Origin: Eledone cirrhosa
Taxonomy: Eukaryota
Reading direction: 5' to 3'
NCBI GenBank assembly: GCA_964016885.1
Contig: OZ024762.1
Coordinates: forward strand, 25,668,001 to 25,732,000
Length of the DNA stretch: 64,000 bases
Under the pieces are notes generated by a model, which saw nothing but the letters and a program-made list of their open reading frames with translations, did no database searches and was not told where the DNA came from. Within the stretch, counting starts at the first letter, position 1. Every line of letters begins with the position of its first letter. The translations under genes were made by a program, and so were the position numbers. This document shows positions 25,759-39,195 of the stretch, in pieces.

Positions 25759-26187
25759 GTTACTATTGTTCTTTTATGTATCTTTGAGAAACAGTGCGGG
25801 CAAAATATCATTAACCTCGTGTGTGTGTGTGTGTGTGGCTGTGTGTGTGTATGGGTGTGTGTGTGTATGGGTGTGTGTGTCTGATAGAGAGGTGGAAGGT
25901 GGGGGTTAGAAATAAAGTGATGGAGGGATTAAAATTATGTTTAGGAAAATTCGTGAAGAACATTATAGAAATGTAAGTTTGGCAGTAAACACTACTACTA
26001 CTACTACTACTACTATTACTGGCGCTAGCAGTAGTAGTAGTAGTAGTAGCTTGTGAGGGAGATGAGTCTGATAAGATGGATGGAAATTTTATTTTAAATT
26101 TGAAAGAAAAATCAAAGTGGATGACCTTTCTACATAAATAGCTAGAAGCACATTGGTGTAGAAAGTAAACAACTCCACGAATAAACA

Positions 26188-26218
<31 letters not shown>

Positions 26219-26222
<4 letters not shown>

Positions 26223-26422
26223 GAACGAGTAGGACCCGACGGCTGAGCTCAAGCCGTTTCGACGGCTAATTCTGGAATAAAGTAGTCCAGAATTAGCCGT
26301 CGAAACGGCTTGAGCTCAGCCGTCGGGGTCCTACTCGTTCCTATTACCCACTCTACTACCTTAGTATTGAGTACTTTGGTGCGTTATGGTCCATCTGGTT
26401 CCTTACCACATTTCCTTCGTTA
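26219..26422 (+). mobile_element. Fold-back element copy with near-perfect ~125 bp palindrome
   Basis: ataggaacgagtaggacc...ggtcctactcgttcctat plus tail into (AT)n. Confidence 0.9.
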
Positions 26423-26436
26423 TATATATATATATA

Positions 26437-27115
26437 TAAACGGAAAAAAATGAAACCAAATTTCATTTCCCACTCTTAGTACGGCTGTTACTTAAATATA
26501 AGTATCTATACGTACATACATATACGATGGTTGCTAGACACTACGGCTTAATACGGGATGTTTGTTTACAAACACACCGAGCATTATAATAAATGTTCGG
26601 TGAATCCATACGTACATATATGTATGTGTGCATGTATGTATACATATATACATACTACTGTACGTCTGTATACATATAAGTATGTACGTATACATACTTA
26701 TATTTAAGTAACAGCCGTACTAAGAGTGGGAAATGAAATTTCGTTTCATTTTTCCGTTTATCGTTTTCGGTGCGTCCGGCCGATTAACCCACTGGATATG
26801 CAAATTAGGCTGCTCAGCCGTTAATATGCATAAGGAAAGTATATACTTTCATACGTTCAGTCATCTGGCAGGAAGATATACGTTGCTGACGATAGCTAAT
26901 AAGCTTGAAACTAGTACAGCGTTCCTTTGTCAGTGTTGAACAAACGAGCAACGATGGTTGCTGGACACTACGGCTTAATACGGGATGTCTGTTTACAAAC
27001 ACACCGAGCATTATAATAAATGTTCGGTGAATCCATACGTACATATATATATATATGTGCATGTATACATACTACTGTACGTCTGTATACGTATATGTAT
27101 GTACGTGTACATACT

Positions 27116-27120
<5 letters not shown>
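26437..27120 (+). mobile_element. Retrozyme-like 427 bp unit, ~1.4 monomers with an ~85 bp inverted 5' piece, copy B
   Basis: acgatggttgct at 26524 and 26951 (period 427); 26437-26523 is the reverse complement of ~26672-26760. Confidence 0.85.
26880..26922 (+). ncRNA. Minimal type-I hammerhead ribozyme, identical to 18101-18143
   Basis: ACGTTG-CTGACGA-TAGCTAATAAGCTT-GAAA-CTAG-TA-CAGCGT. Confidence 0.9.
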
Positions 27121-27147
<27 letters not shown>

Positions 27148-27177
27148 GAGAGAGAGAGAGTGTGAGAGAGAGAGAGC

Positions 27178-27223
<46 letters not shown>

Positions 27224-27350
27224 TAAAATCCTGACCACGGCTCGCAAGACTGTTTTTACATATCTCTATACCCACTCTGCATCTCCCCATGCATTGAGTA
27301 CTCCCATGTTAAGTGATCTCTTTGGTCTCTACACATACACACACACTCAC

Positions 27351-27382
<32 letters not shown>

Positions 27383-27582
27383 TATATATATATGTAGGAG
27401 GTGAGTTTTATTGTAGTACAATATGCTGATTTAAAACTGCACTATCCACAAGTGTTTTTTAACCTTCATATCATGTCCTCCTATTTTATTTGATGAAAAC
27501 ACAAATGTTATTGCATGATGATATTTGTTTTTGAAATGCGCATAATAAAATACATGGAACTCATTTAACCATCTTTTGATCT

Positions 27583-27621
<39 letters not shown>

Positions 27622-27627
27622 AATAAA

Positions 27628-27679
<52 letters not shown>

Positions 27680-27700
27680 TTTATTAAAATAACAGATTAA

Positions 27701-27751
27701 AGTTTAAGAAAAGAATCGGTGCTTTCACCCTTAACGCGATCTTCTGAAACT
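27701..27751 (-). ncRNA. Degenerate CAGAAGA hammerhead-fold copy, followed by its tail in the opposite orientation (27751-27835)
   Basis: Homologous to 23389 and 49507, with stem II and III mismatches. Confidence 0.6.
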
Positions 27752-27866
27752 ATTTTAATAAATATTTGCTCTACGGTTCTTATATATTTGATATATATTT
27801 ATCCTTATCGAGCCCTCTTCGGATTTTAGTCATCACATTATTATTATTACTATTATAATAATAAAT

Positions 27867-28239
27867 GGGCGGTGAATTGGCAGTATTGGTAGAGGCTCAG
27901 ACGCCATGCTTTTCAACATAAAGTTACGGCCCTTGAAATTCTGAGTTCAAATCCCGCCGAAGGTTAACTTTGCATTTCATCCTTATCGGGTAGATAAAAT
28001 AAAGTACCAATAATGTACTGGGTAATTGTTGGCCTTGTGCTCAAAGTAGAAACAATTATTATTCAGTATCGGTAGATGGTTGGACGCCATGCATTCTAGC
28101 ATAGTTACGTCCCTTTACAGTTTGAGTTCAAATCCCGCCGAGGTTAACTTTGCCTTTCATCCTTACGGGGTCGATAAAATAAAGTACCAGTAATGTACTG
28201 GCTAATTGCTGGCCTTGTGCCTAAAGTAGCAACAATTAC

Positions 28240-28244
<5 letters not shown>
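27867..28244 (+). mobile_element. Two head-to-tail tRNA-derived SINEs
   Basis: Two full cores and tails; the second starts at the (ATT)n tail of the first. Confidence 0.9.
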
Positions 28245-28275
<31 letters not shown>

Positions 28276-28318
28276 GAAAAGTATAGACATTTTTGTGAGC
28301 AAGAACCCATATATATTA

Positions 28319-28357
<39 letters not shown>

Positions 28358-28756
28358 AAACACAGGTCTGAGGATCAGGCAGACTTGGAGTCTGGTCTGG
28401 AGCGCTAACATAAATCACAAGCCAGTTGCTCGAGAAACATTTGTAACCAGGATTGAGCAATAAATCTCCTATTTAACCCCTCAACCGTGTTCTTCGTACA
28501 CTCACACAGACGTGTCAACATGAATGGACCTGTTTTTTTACCTAAAGACACTTTTTCCAACTCCATCCCGCCCGTCCCCTCAATCTATTTTATTTCTCAT
28601 TCGTTCTTCTAATGAAGGACGAGCGTTTGAAACGTTAAGACCCTCTTCCTGCTATATCAAGCGTTAACCTAATATATGACTTCCACATACTGTACCGATT
28701 GTGTTGTTATTTCTGTTTACCTTTTACATACATATATATATACGAAATTCAAATAC

Positions 28757-28799
<43 letters not shown>

Positions 28800-28969
28800 T
28801 ATAGATAGGTAAATATACACGGGTGTGTATGATTGTGTATAGAAGATTATATTAATAAGAGGAATTCCAACTTTGTCTGATTTACTCGTTTTATTTACAA
28901 TCCTTTAAAATATATATAATGGTATTATAATGAAATAGTATGATAGAATATTAAATTCTAAGTGTTAAT

Positions 28970-29008
28970 TGAACAAGTACTTTCATGCTTTCGCAATCTT
29001 CAGGTTCA
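28970..29008 (-). ncRNA. Minimal type-I hammerhead ribozyme in PLE pLTR
   Basis: TGAAC-CTGAAGA-TTGCGAAAGCAT-GAAA-GTAC-TT-GTTCA; stem II with GAAA tetraloop, palindromic stem III. Confidence 0.85.
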
Positions 29009-29386
29009 TGATATGTGGTGACAGTCGAGTTTGCAATTTTCAACTGTAATGAGATGGGTAAATTTCCTACCTTTTATACATTTTATACAGAGAAAAGTGG
29101 CTCCAGAATGTAAAGCCCTGTAAACTGTATTACGACCAATCAGTGTGTAGTTTCACTGAATTACTACAGCTGATTGGTTTAAGCGTCACGGCTGGTTGAG
29201 CATGCTAACGACCAATAGTCATATCCAACGTATCAATTGTTTTGCTTTTTTGAAATGATGAAAATAGCATTTTCTATTAATCATCACCATCAACATCACT
29301 TTTATTATTATTATTATTGTTGTTGTTGTTGTTGTTGTTAGTGGTCGTGGTCATAGTGGTAGTAGAAGTAATACCCCTAGGCGTTA

Positions 29387-30035
29387 TTATTGTTCATTTA
29401 GCTTGGGTTTGAATTTATCAATAAAATTCTTTTCTTTGATTTTTCTCTTGATTTCATTTGGGCTGTGTAATTTGTAGAATGGGAATATTATAAATATTCC
29501 CTGACCACATGTTGCCAGGTGGCCGCTTAGGGGTATCTGACGGACATTTGGGTCTCTGATTTGTTGACGGTGTACCCGTGCACGTTCCGATAGTGCATTT
29601 CCAGTTTGACCGACATATAGTTCTTCACAATTCGGGCATTTAATGCAGTAAATTAGATTTCTGCTTTTGCAGTTCATATTTGCATTTGTGAATATTTTTC
29701 CAGTTTTTGTTTTCATATATTGACCGGCGTGTATGGATTGACATGTGCCGCATCGATTATCATTGCATTTAGATACAGTGAATGATTGGTCTTTGTTGTT
29801 AAGGTCAAACTTTGCTTTTGTTAGCAATTGCTTCAAATTTTTTGGCTGTCTTTTACTAAGAGTCAAAGATCGATCTGTGATTAAGCCTTTTAATTCATTA
29901 CTTTGAGCAATGATCGGTAGGTTTGCTTTGGCAGTGTTGAAGATATTCTGGTGACATGGGTTGTGTGTCATTATAAATGGTATGACCAGTTCTTGGTTTC
30001 TTCTTCTTTGGGTTGTTCTAAGTTGTTGTATAGGT
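29387..30035 (-). pseudogene. PLE RT thumb end, Cys-rich linker and GIY-YIG endonuclease (open frame, N-terminally truncated)
   Basis: IPFIMTHNP...KRQPKNLKQLL...CNDNRCGTC...CKSRNLIYCIKCPNCEELYVGQTG..LSERARVH...E..FI....PKLN. Confidence 0.9.
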
Positions 30036-30043
30036 ATTTATAT

Positions 30044-30085
<42 letters not shown>

Positions 30086-30446
30086 CCATTTAGCTTCAGG
30101 AATAGTTGCATACAGATATGTATTTGAGTTTCGTATTTTAGTAGAAATACGGTGTTTAAAATAAAAATGTGGAGAGCCGTTGGTATGGCAAAACGCCAGC
30201 GACTAACGCCGTCTGGCGGTGTCCAGCAAAAGCAAGGGGGACGATCGTGGATGCGCATCTCGAACTGAGCTGGTTCTTATCAGCACGATCTCTCCCACTT
30301 TTGCAAATTATTTGTCACACCCACACACACACACACATACACACACACGCACACACACAGTCACAACATATTTGTCACACACAGACATTTTATACACCTG
30401 CATACAGACACACAGATAATCACAATCTATTTTCACGCACACGCAC

Positions 30447-30538
30447 AACTACTACTACCACCACTACCACCACTACTACCACCACCACTACCACCACCCT
30501 CACCTCCTCCACCGCCACCACTAGATGTAGTGGTGGTC

Positions 30539-30579
<41 letters not shown>

Positions 30580-30720
30580 GGTTGCGGCGGTGGTAGTAGT
30601 GGTTGCGGCGGTGGTAGTAATGGTGGTGGTGGTGGTGGTAGTGGTAGTAGTAGCAGCAGCAGTAGTAGTAGTAATAATAGTAGTGGTGGTGGTTGTGGCG
30701 GTAGTAGTAGTAGTAGCACC

Positions 30721-30785
<65 letters not shown>

Positions 30786-33700
30786 CAGCAGTAGTAGTGG
30801 TAGCACCAGCAGTAGTAGTAATAGTAGTAGTAGTAGTAGTAGCAGCAGTAGTAGTAGAGCAGCAGTAGTAGTAATAGCTAAAGCATCACACAAGAAAAAC
30901 AACAGCTATAATATTCTATGATTGACCAATAACAACCACAGACTTTTCGTTAATTTTACAGAAAAGTTTTAATTATAAACAAACAAGGAACGTTTCGTTA
31001 CAAACGACAACTGATTCGTGTCGGCCATATTGGATCCTTATGTTAGCGTGATTTCAGCGGTCATTTTGTTTTTAGTCACAGCAATGTTTTCATACTGTAT
31101 CGATTAGTATGCATTTTGTTGATTAGCCGAAGCTGTTTAGTTTAGCCGTAGGGCAGCTAATATCGACCGGACGTGTCGACATAACTAATCTATCCGTGAC
31201 CATCCTGTCATATTTTATTCACACATGAAAATTACAGTGGTTTGTATTTTAGATACAAGAAAGCGGATGGTAGTAGTGATGGTGGTGTTGGTTGTGGTGG
31301 GGGTTTTGTTGGTGTAGGTTTGGTGGCGGTGGTGGTGATCTTGGTGATGGTGGTGTTGGTATTGGTAGTTGTGGTGCTGGTGGTGGTGTTGGTGTAGGTG
31401 GCGGTGGTGGCGGTCTTGGTGACGGTAGTTGTGGTGTTGGTCTTGGATGTGTTGTTGTTGGTAGTGGTGGTGGTGTAGGTTTGGTGGCGGTGGTGTTGGT
31501 GTTGGTGGTGGTTTGGTGGTCTTGGTGTTCGTGGTGGTGTTGGAAGTGGTGGTGGTGTAGTTGGTGTTAGTGGTGATGGTGGTGGTGTTGGTGGTAGTGG
31601 CCTTGGTTGTGGTAGTGGTGTTGGGTATGGTAGTCGTGGTAGTGGTGTTGGTGATGGTGGAATCGTTGGTGTTGGTGGTAATGGTGTGGTAGTTGGTGTT
31701 GCTGGTGATGGTGGAGCAGTTAGTATTGGTGGAGTGGAGGAGTAGTAGGTGGTGGTGGTGGTGGTGGCGGCAGCGGTGAGTGCAGTTTCAGATTGAGAAG
31801 AAAGTCGACTATATCGATATATCAATCCCAGTACTTTATTGATACCTTAAATTATCAACACATTGAAGCAAGGAATGGAGGAAAGACAGAATTATCCTCG
31901 GCAAGATTTGAACTTGGGACGTAGAAAATTGAAAGTAAAACATAACTAAAAGCATTTTGTCCGACAATCTACCGATTCTGCCAATCCAGGGCCAATAATA
32001 AAAATAACAATAGGAGAAGTAAGAGCGGTAGAAGAATGGGGAGGAGAAGAAGGAGAAGGAGAAGAAAAAGACGAAGAAATAGAAAAACAAAAGAAAAAGA
32101 AGAAGAAGAAGAAGAAGAAGAAGAAGAAGGTTGTTTCAGACAAAACCAACCAGCAGGAGAACCAGGGGTAGAGTACCCCGTGCAAGATGGTTGGTGAACA
32201 ATCAAGAAGAAGAAGAAAAAAAACAAGAAAAGAAGAAGAAAGAGAAGAAGATTTTAATGATGACCACAATTCGACATTTAACAAAGTAACACAACTCACA
32301 TGGTGCAGATAATATAAAATATTATATAGAATAACAACTTCAACAACAACTTCTCCAAAAACAACAATAACACCAACAACTTCAACAACAGCAACAACAC
32401 CAAACCCACCACCAGCAACAACAACACCAACACCAACACCAACAACCAACACCAACACCGCCAACGACAGCAACACCAACAACACCAACACCAACAACAC
32501 CAACCACAACGACAACAACACCAAAAACACCAACACCACAAACACCACCAATAACAACACCAACACCAACAACAACACCACCAACACCATCACCAACAAC
32601 AACACCAACAACAACAACAAACAACACCAACAACACCAACACCACCAACAACAACACCAACACCAACAACACCACCGACAACACCAACACCACCAAAACC
32701 AACACCACGAACACCAACAACACCAACAACACCACCAACAACACAAACAAGACCACCAACACCAACACCACAAACAAGACCACCAACACCAACACCAACA
32801 ACACCAGCAACAACAACACCAACAACACCACCAACAACACCACCCACAACAACAACACCAACACCAACAACACCACCAACAACACCAACAACACCACCAC
32901 CAACAACTCCAACACCAACATCAACACCAACAACACCACCACCAACAACACCAAAATCACCAACACCAACAACACCAACAACAACACCACCGCCAACAAC
33001 ACCAACATCACCAACACCAACAACACCAACAACAACACCACCACCAACAACACCAACACCACCAACAACTCGAACACCAACACCTACAACACCACCAACA
33101 ACTCCAACACCAACAACACCAACAACACCACCAACAACACCAACACCACCAACAACACCAACAACAACACCAACAACACCAACAACACCACCAACAACAC
33201 CAACAACCCCACCACGAACAACACCAACAACAACAACACCACCTACAACAACACCAACACCAACAACACCAACAACACCAACACCACCAACAACACTAAC
33301 ACCACCAACAACAACAACAACACCAACACCACAAACAACACCAACAACAACACCGCCAACACCAACACCAACAACACCAACAACAACACCACCAACAACA
33401 CCAACACCACCAACAACACCACCAACACCAACACCACCAACAACACCAACACCACCACCACCACCAACACCAACACCACCAACAACAACACCAACAACAA
33501 CACCAACACCATCACCACCAACAACATCAACACCACCACCAACACCACCAACAACAACAACACCAACAACAACACCACCAACAATAACACCACCACCACC
33601 AACAACAACACCACCACCACCAACAACACCAACACCACCAACAACACCAACACCAACACCAACAACACCACCAACAACAACACCAACAACAACACCACCA

Positions 33701-35385
33701 ACAATAACACCACCACCAACAACAACACCACCAACACCAACACCACCAACAACACCAACACCAACACCACCACCACAAACAACAACAGCGATGGCGACAC
33801 TTGATAAAATGGCTGCAGATAAAACTCTTATCTCTAATACTATTTCTGGTACTGCGGTTTAATTATTGTCGATAGTACTGATGGTGGTGGTGGTGGTGAT
33901 GGTGGTGATGGTGGTGGTGGTGGTGGTGGTGGTGGTGGTGGTGGTGATGGTGGTGGTGGTGATGGTGGTGGTGGTGATGGTGGTGATGGTGATGATGATG
34001 GTGATGGTGGTGGTGGTGGTGGTGAAGGTTGTTGGTGGTGGTGGTGGTGGTGATGGTGGTGATGGTGATGATGATGGTGATGGTGGTGGTGGTGGTGGTG
34101 AAGGTTGTTGTTGTTGGTGGTGGTGGTGGTGGTGGTGGTGATGGTGATGATGATGGTGGTGGTGGTGGTGGTGAAGGTTGTTGGTGGTGGTGGTGGTTGT
34201 GATGGTGGTGGTGGTGTCATTGATAACACTGAGATAAGAATGAAGACGATAATTTTGTCCTGATTTTATTTGTTGATGATGATGGTGATGGTGGTGATGG
34301 TGGTGATGATGGTGAGGATGGTGGTGGTGATGGTGATGATGATGATGGTGGTGATGATGGTGGTGATGGTGATGATGATGGTGATGGTGGTGATGGTGGT
34401 GATGATGGTGGTGATGATGATGGTGATGGTGATGGTGGTGATGGTGGTGATGGTGATGATGGTGGTGATGGTGATGATGGTGGTGATGATGATGGTGATG
34501 GTGATGGTGGTGATGGTGGTGGTGGTGATGGTGGTGGTGATGGTGATGATGATGGTGGTGATGGTGGTGGTGATGGTGGTGATGGTGGTGGTGATGATGA
34601 TGGTGGTGATGGTGGTGATGGTGGTGATGGTGATGATGATGGTGGTGATGGTGGTGATGATGGTGGTGATGGTGGTGATGGTGATGATGGTGGGGATGGT
34701 GGTGGTGGTGGTGGTGGTGATGGTGGTGACGGTGGTGGTGGTGGTAATATTATTAATCTCAGTAGTTCCAGCTGCGGCTGCTACTGTTGATGATAATAAT
34801 AATGGTGGTGTTGTGATGATGGTGGTGGTTGGGGTGTCGGTGGTGATGTTGCTGGTGTTGGTGGTGGTGATGGTGGTGGTGGTGATGGTGGTGGTGATGG
34901 TGGTGGTCGTGATGGTGGTGATGGTGGTGGTGGTGATGGTGGTGGTGGTGATGGTGGTGGTCGTGATGATGGTGGTGGTCGTGATGATGGCGGTGGTGGT
35001 GGTGGTGGTGGTGGTGGTGGTGATAACGGTAGTAGTGGTGGTGGTGGTGATGATGATGATGGTGGTGGGGCTGGTGGGGGGTGATGATGTGATGATGGTG
35101 GTGGTGGTGGTGATGATTGTGGTGTTGGCGTTAGTGATGACGGTGGTGGTGATTTGATGATGGGAGTGGTGTTGGTGATGATGTGATGATGGTGGTGGTG
35201 GTGGGGATGGTGGTGGTGATGGTGGGGATGGTGGTGGTGGCGGTGATGATGGTGGTGGTGGTGATGGTGTGATGATGATGGCAGTTGTGATGTGATGGTG
35301 GTGGTGGTGATGATGGTTATGGTGATGATGTTGATGATGAAGTTGATGACGATAGTGATGGTGCCGATAACGAGAGGGAGACATC
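30447..35385. repeat. Block of trinucleotide-derived low-complexity repeats (AGT, GGT, AAC/ACC, GAT/GGT) with short unique interruptions and a decayed SINE at ~31830-31990
   Basis: Direct reading. Confidence 0.9.
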
Positions 35386-35403
35386 AAGAACTACCATATA
35401 AAA

Positions 35404-35493
35404 TACAGTGTGTCCCCCAAAAATGTATACATTTTTCTACCTGTACAGGCAATGTTTATTAGAATAGTGTATACATTTTTGGTACACCCTGTA
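35404..35493. mobile_element. Tc1/mariner-type MITE
   Basis: TA-CAGTGTGTCCCCCAAAAATGTATACA...TGTATACATTTTTGGTACACCCTG-TA. Confidence 0.75.
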
Positions 35494-36104
35494 TATTTCC
35501 AAAATGGCTGAGTTAAATGTTAAAGACATTTGACTGTTGTTTCTTGCACGATGGCTGACCATATTGTAACTTCTACTCTGGATCATGCGCCTACCTTTTT
35601 GTTGTTGTTGTTTTTGTTATTGTTTTTATTGTTGTTTTTATTGTTATTGTTGTTATTGTTATTATTGTTTTTATTGGTATTGCTGTTTTCATTATTGTTT
35701 GTTGTTGCTGTTATTACTGTTGTTATTGTTATTAACGTTTTTATTATTGTTATTGTTGTTTTCATTGTTTTTGTTATTTATATTTATTATTGTCATTGTT
35801 GTTGTTATTTTGTTATTTGTTGTTTTTTTTTGTTGTTATTTGAATTATTATTGTTGATGTTATCACGTTTAATGTGGTTGCGGTTATTTTTAATGGTTGT
35901 TATTGCTGCTGTTGCTGTTATTGCTGTTATAACTGCTGATGTGACTGTTGTTGCTATTGCTGTTGTAGTTACTGTTGTTGTTGTCGTTGTTGTTGCTGTT
36001 GCTGTTATTATTGTTGCTGCTGTTATTGTTGTTACAACTAGTGTAGTCATTTTTATGCTTGTGATTAATTTCTGTGATGGCTGTTTGTTATTATTGCTTT
36101 GTAC

Positions 36105-37912
36105 TTCTTCCGGTTTTTATTGGTGTTGTTATTGTGACTCTTATTGCTGTTATTGAGGTTGTGACTGTTGTTCCGGTTTTTATTGATGTTGTTATTGTGA
36201 CTCTTATTGCTGTTATTGTGGTTGTGACTGTTGTTCGGGTTTTTATTGGTGTTGTTATTGTGACTCCTATTGCTGTTATTGTGGTTGTGACTGTTGTTCC
36301 GGTTTTTATTGATGTTGTTATTGTGACTCTTATTGCTGTTATTGTGGTTGTGACTGTTGTTCCGGTTTTTATTGGTGTTGTTATTGTGAATCTTATTGCT
36401 GTTATTGTGGTTGTGACTGTTGTTCGGGTTTTTATTGGTGTTGTTATTGTGACTCCTATTGCTGTTATTGTGGTTGTGACTGTTGTTCCGGTTTTTATTG
36501 ATGTTGTTATTGTGACTCTTATTGCTGTTATTGTGGTTGTGACTGTTGTTCCGGTTTTTATTGGTGTTGTTATTGTGAATCTTATTGCTGTTATTGTGGT
36601 TGTGACTGTTGTTCCGGTTTTTATTGGTGTTGTTATTGTGACTCCTATTGCTGTTATTGTGGTTGTGACTGTTGTTCCGGTTTTTATTGGTGTTGTTATT
36701 GTGACTCTTATTGCTGTTATTATGGTTGTGACTGTTGTTCCGGTTTTTATTGGTGTTGTTATTGTGACTCTTATTGCTGTTATTGTGGTTGTGACTGTTG
36801 TTCCGGTTTTTCTTGGTGTTGTTATTGTGAATCTTATTGCTGTTATTGTGGTTGTGACTGTTGTTCCGGTTTTTATTGGTGTTATTGTGACTCCTATTGC
36901 TGTTATTGTGGTTGTGACTGTTGTTCCGGTTTTTATTGATGTTATTGTGACTCTTATTGCTGTTATTGTGGTTGTGACTGTTGTTCCGGTTTTTATTGGT
37001 GTTGTTATTGTGAATCTTATTGCTGTTATTGTGGTTGTGACTGTTGTTCCGGTTTTTATTGGTGTTGTTATTGTGACTCTTATTGCTGTTATTGTGGTTG
37101 TGACTGTTGTTCCGGTTTTTATTGGTGCTGTTATTGTGACTCTTATTGCTGTTATTGTGGTTGTGACTGTTGTTCCGGTTTTTATTGGTGTTGTTATTGT
37201 GAATCTTATTGCTGTTATTGTGGTTGTGACTGTTGTTCCGGTTTTTATTGGTGTTGTTATTGTGACTCTTATTGCTGTTATTGTGGTTGTGACTGTTGTT
37301 CCGGTTTTTATTGGTGTTGTTATTGTGACTCTTATTGCTGTTATTGTGGTTGTGACTGTTGTTCCGGTTTTTACTGGTGTTTTTATTGTGACTCTTATTG
37401 TTGTTATTGTGGTTGTGACTGTTGTTCCGGTTTTTATTGGTGTTGTTATTGTGACTCTTATTGCTGTTATTGTGGTTGTGACTGTTGTTCCGGTTTTTAT
37501 TGGTGTTGTTATTGTGACACTTGCTGTTATTGTTGTTGTGACTGTTGTTCCGGTTTTTATTGGTGTTGTTATTGTGGTTGTGACTGTTGTTCCGGTTTTT
37601 ATTGGTGTTGTTATTGTGGTTGTGACTGTTGTTCCAGTTTTTATTGGTGTTGTTATTGTGACACTTATTGCTGTTATTGTGGTTGTGACTGTTGTTCCGG
37701 TTTTTATTGGTGTTGTTATTGTGACACTTATTGCTGTTATTGTGGTTGTGACTGTTGTTCCGATTTTTATTAGCGTTGTTATTGTGACTCTTATTGCTGT
37801 TATTGTGGTTGTGACTGTTGTTCCGGTTTTATTGGTATTGTTATTGTCGTTGTGACTGTTGTTCCGGTTTTTATTGGTGTTGTTATTGTGACTCTTATTG
37901 CTGTTATTGTTG
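36105..37912. repeat. 63-bp minisatellite, about 29 copies
   Basis: Unit gttccggtttttattggtgttgttattgtgactcttattgctgttattgtggttgtgactgtt. Confidence 0.95.
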
Positions 37913-37974
37913 TTGCTTCTGTATTGTGGCTGTTATTGCTGTTGTTATTGTTAGTGGTATTTTGGTTGTTATTG

Positions 37975-39195
37975 TTATTGGTGTTGTGTTTTTGTGATTG
38001 TTACTGCTACTGTTATAGGTGTCGTGCTTTTGTGATTGTTACTGTTATTATTGGTGTTGTGGTTTTGTGATTGTTACTGCTATTGTTATTGGTGTTGTGG
38101 TTTTGTGATTGTTACTGCTATAGTTATTGGTGTTATGGTTTTGTTATTGTTACTGCTATTGTTATTGTTGTAGGTGTTGTGGTTTTGTGATTGTTACTGC
38201 TATTGTTATTGTTGTAGGTGTTGTGATTTTGATTGTTACTGCTATTGTTACTGTTGTAGGTGTTGTGATTTTGATTGTTACTGCTATTGTTATTGTTGTA
38301 GGTGTTGTGATTTTGATTGTTACTACTATTGTTACTGTTGTAGGTGTTGTGATTTTGATTGTTACTGCTATTGTTATTGGTGTTGTGGTTTTGTGATTGT
38401 TACTGCTATTGTTATTGTTATTGGTGTTGTGGTTTTGTGATTGTTACTGCTATTGTTATTGTTATTGGTGTTGTGGTTTTGTGATTGTTACTGCTATTGT
38501 TATTGTTGCAGGTGTTGTGGTTTTGTGATTGTTACTGCTATTGTTATTGGTGTTGTGGTTTTGTGATTGTTACTGCTATTGTTATTGTTGTAGGTGTTGT
38601 GGTTTTGTGATTGTTACTGCTATTGTTATTGTTGTAGGTGTTGTGGTTTTGTGATTGTTACTGCTATTGTTATTGTTGTAGGTGTTGTGGTTTTGTGATT
38701 GTTACTGCTATTGTTGTAGGTGTTGTGGTTTTGTGATTGTTACTGCTATTGTTATTGTTGTAGGTGTTGTGGTTTTGTGATTGTTACTGCTATTGTTATT
38801 GTTGTAGGTGTTGTGGTTTTGTGATTGTTACTGCTATTGTTATTGTTGTAGGTGTTGTGGTTTTGTGATTGTTACTGCTATTGTTATTGGTGTTGTGGTT
38901 TTGTGATTGTTACTGCTATTGTTACTGTTGTAGTCGTTGTGGTTTTGTGATTGTTACTGCTATTGTTATTGTTGTAAGTGTTGTGGTTTTGTGATTGTTA
39001 CTGCTATTGTTATTGGTGTTGTGGTTTTGTGATTGTTACTGCTATTGTTATTGTTGTAGGTGTTGTGGTTTTGTGATTGTTACTGCTATTGTTATTGGTG
39101 TTGTGGTTTTGTGATTGTTACTGCTATTGTTATTGTTGTAGGTGTTGTGGTTTTGTGATTGTTACTGCTATTGTTATTGTTATAGGTGTTGTGGT
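37975..39195. repeat. 39-45 bp minisatellite
   Basis: Unit ggtgttgtggttttgtgattgttactgctattgttatt(gttgta). Confidence 0.95.

Larger units (their letters stand above)
28850..30040 (-). mobile_element. Penelope-like element (Neptune-type), 5'-truncated, with pLTR hammerhead
   Basis: GIY-YIG ORF, hammerhead at 28970-29008, (AT)n on both sides. Confidence 0.9.

Noticed and set aside
27867-27960. tRNA gene
   Set aside because: The A/B boxes belong to a SINE head; there is no complete cloverleaf and the SINE core follows
28604-28642. Hammerhead-like TCTT-CTAATGA...GAAACGTT-AAGA
   Set aside because: G5 is mutated and stem II is weak; at best a decayed copy
36074-37855. 593-aa hydrophobic ORF
   Set aside because: It is a 63-bp minisatellite read in a stop-free frame, with no unique sequence or splice context
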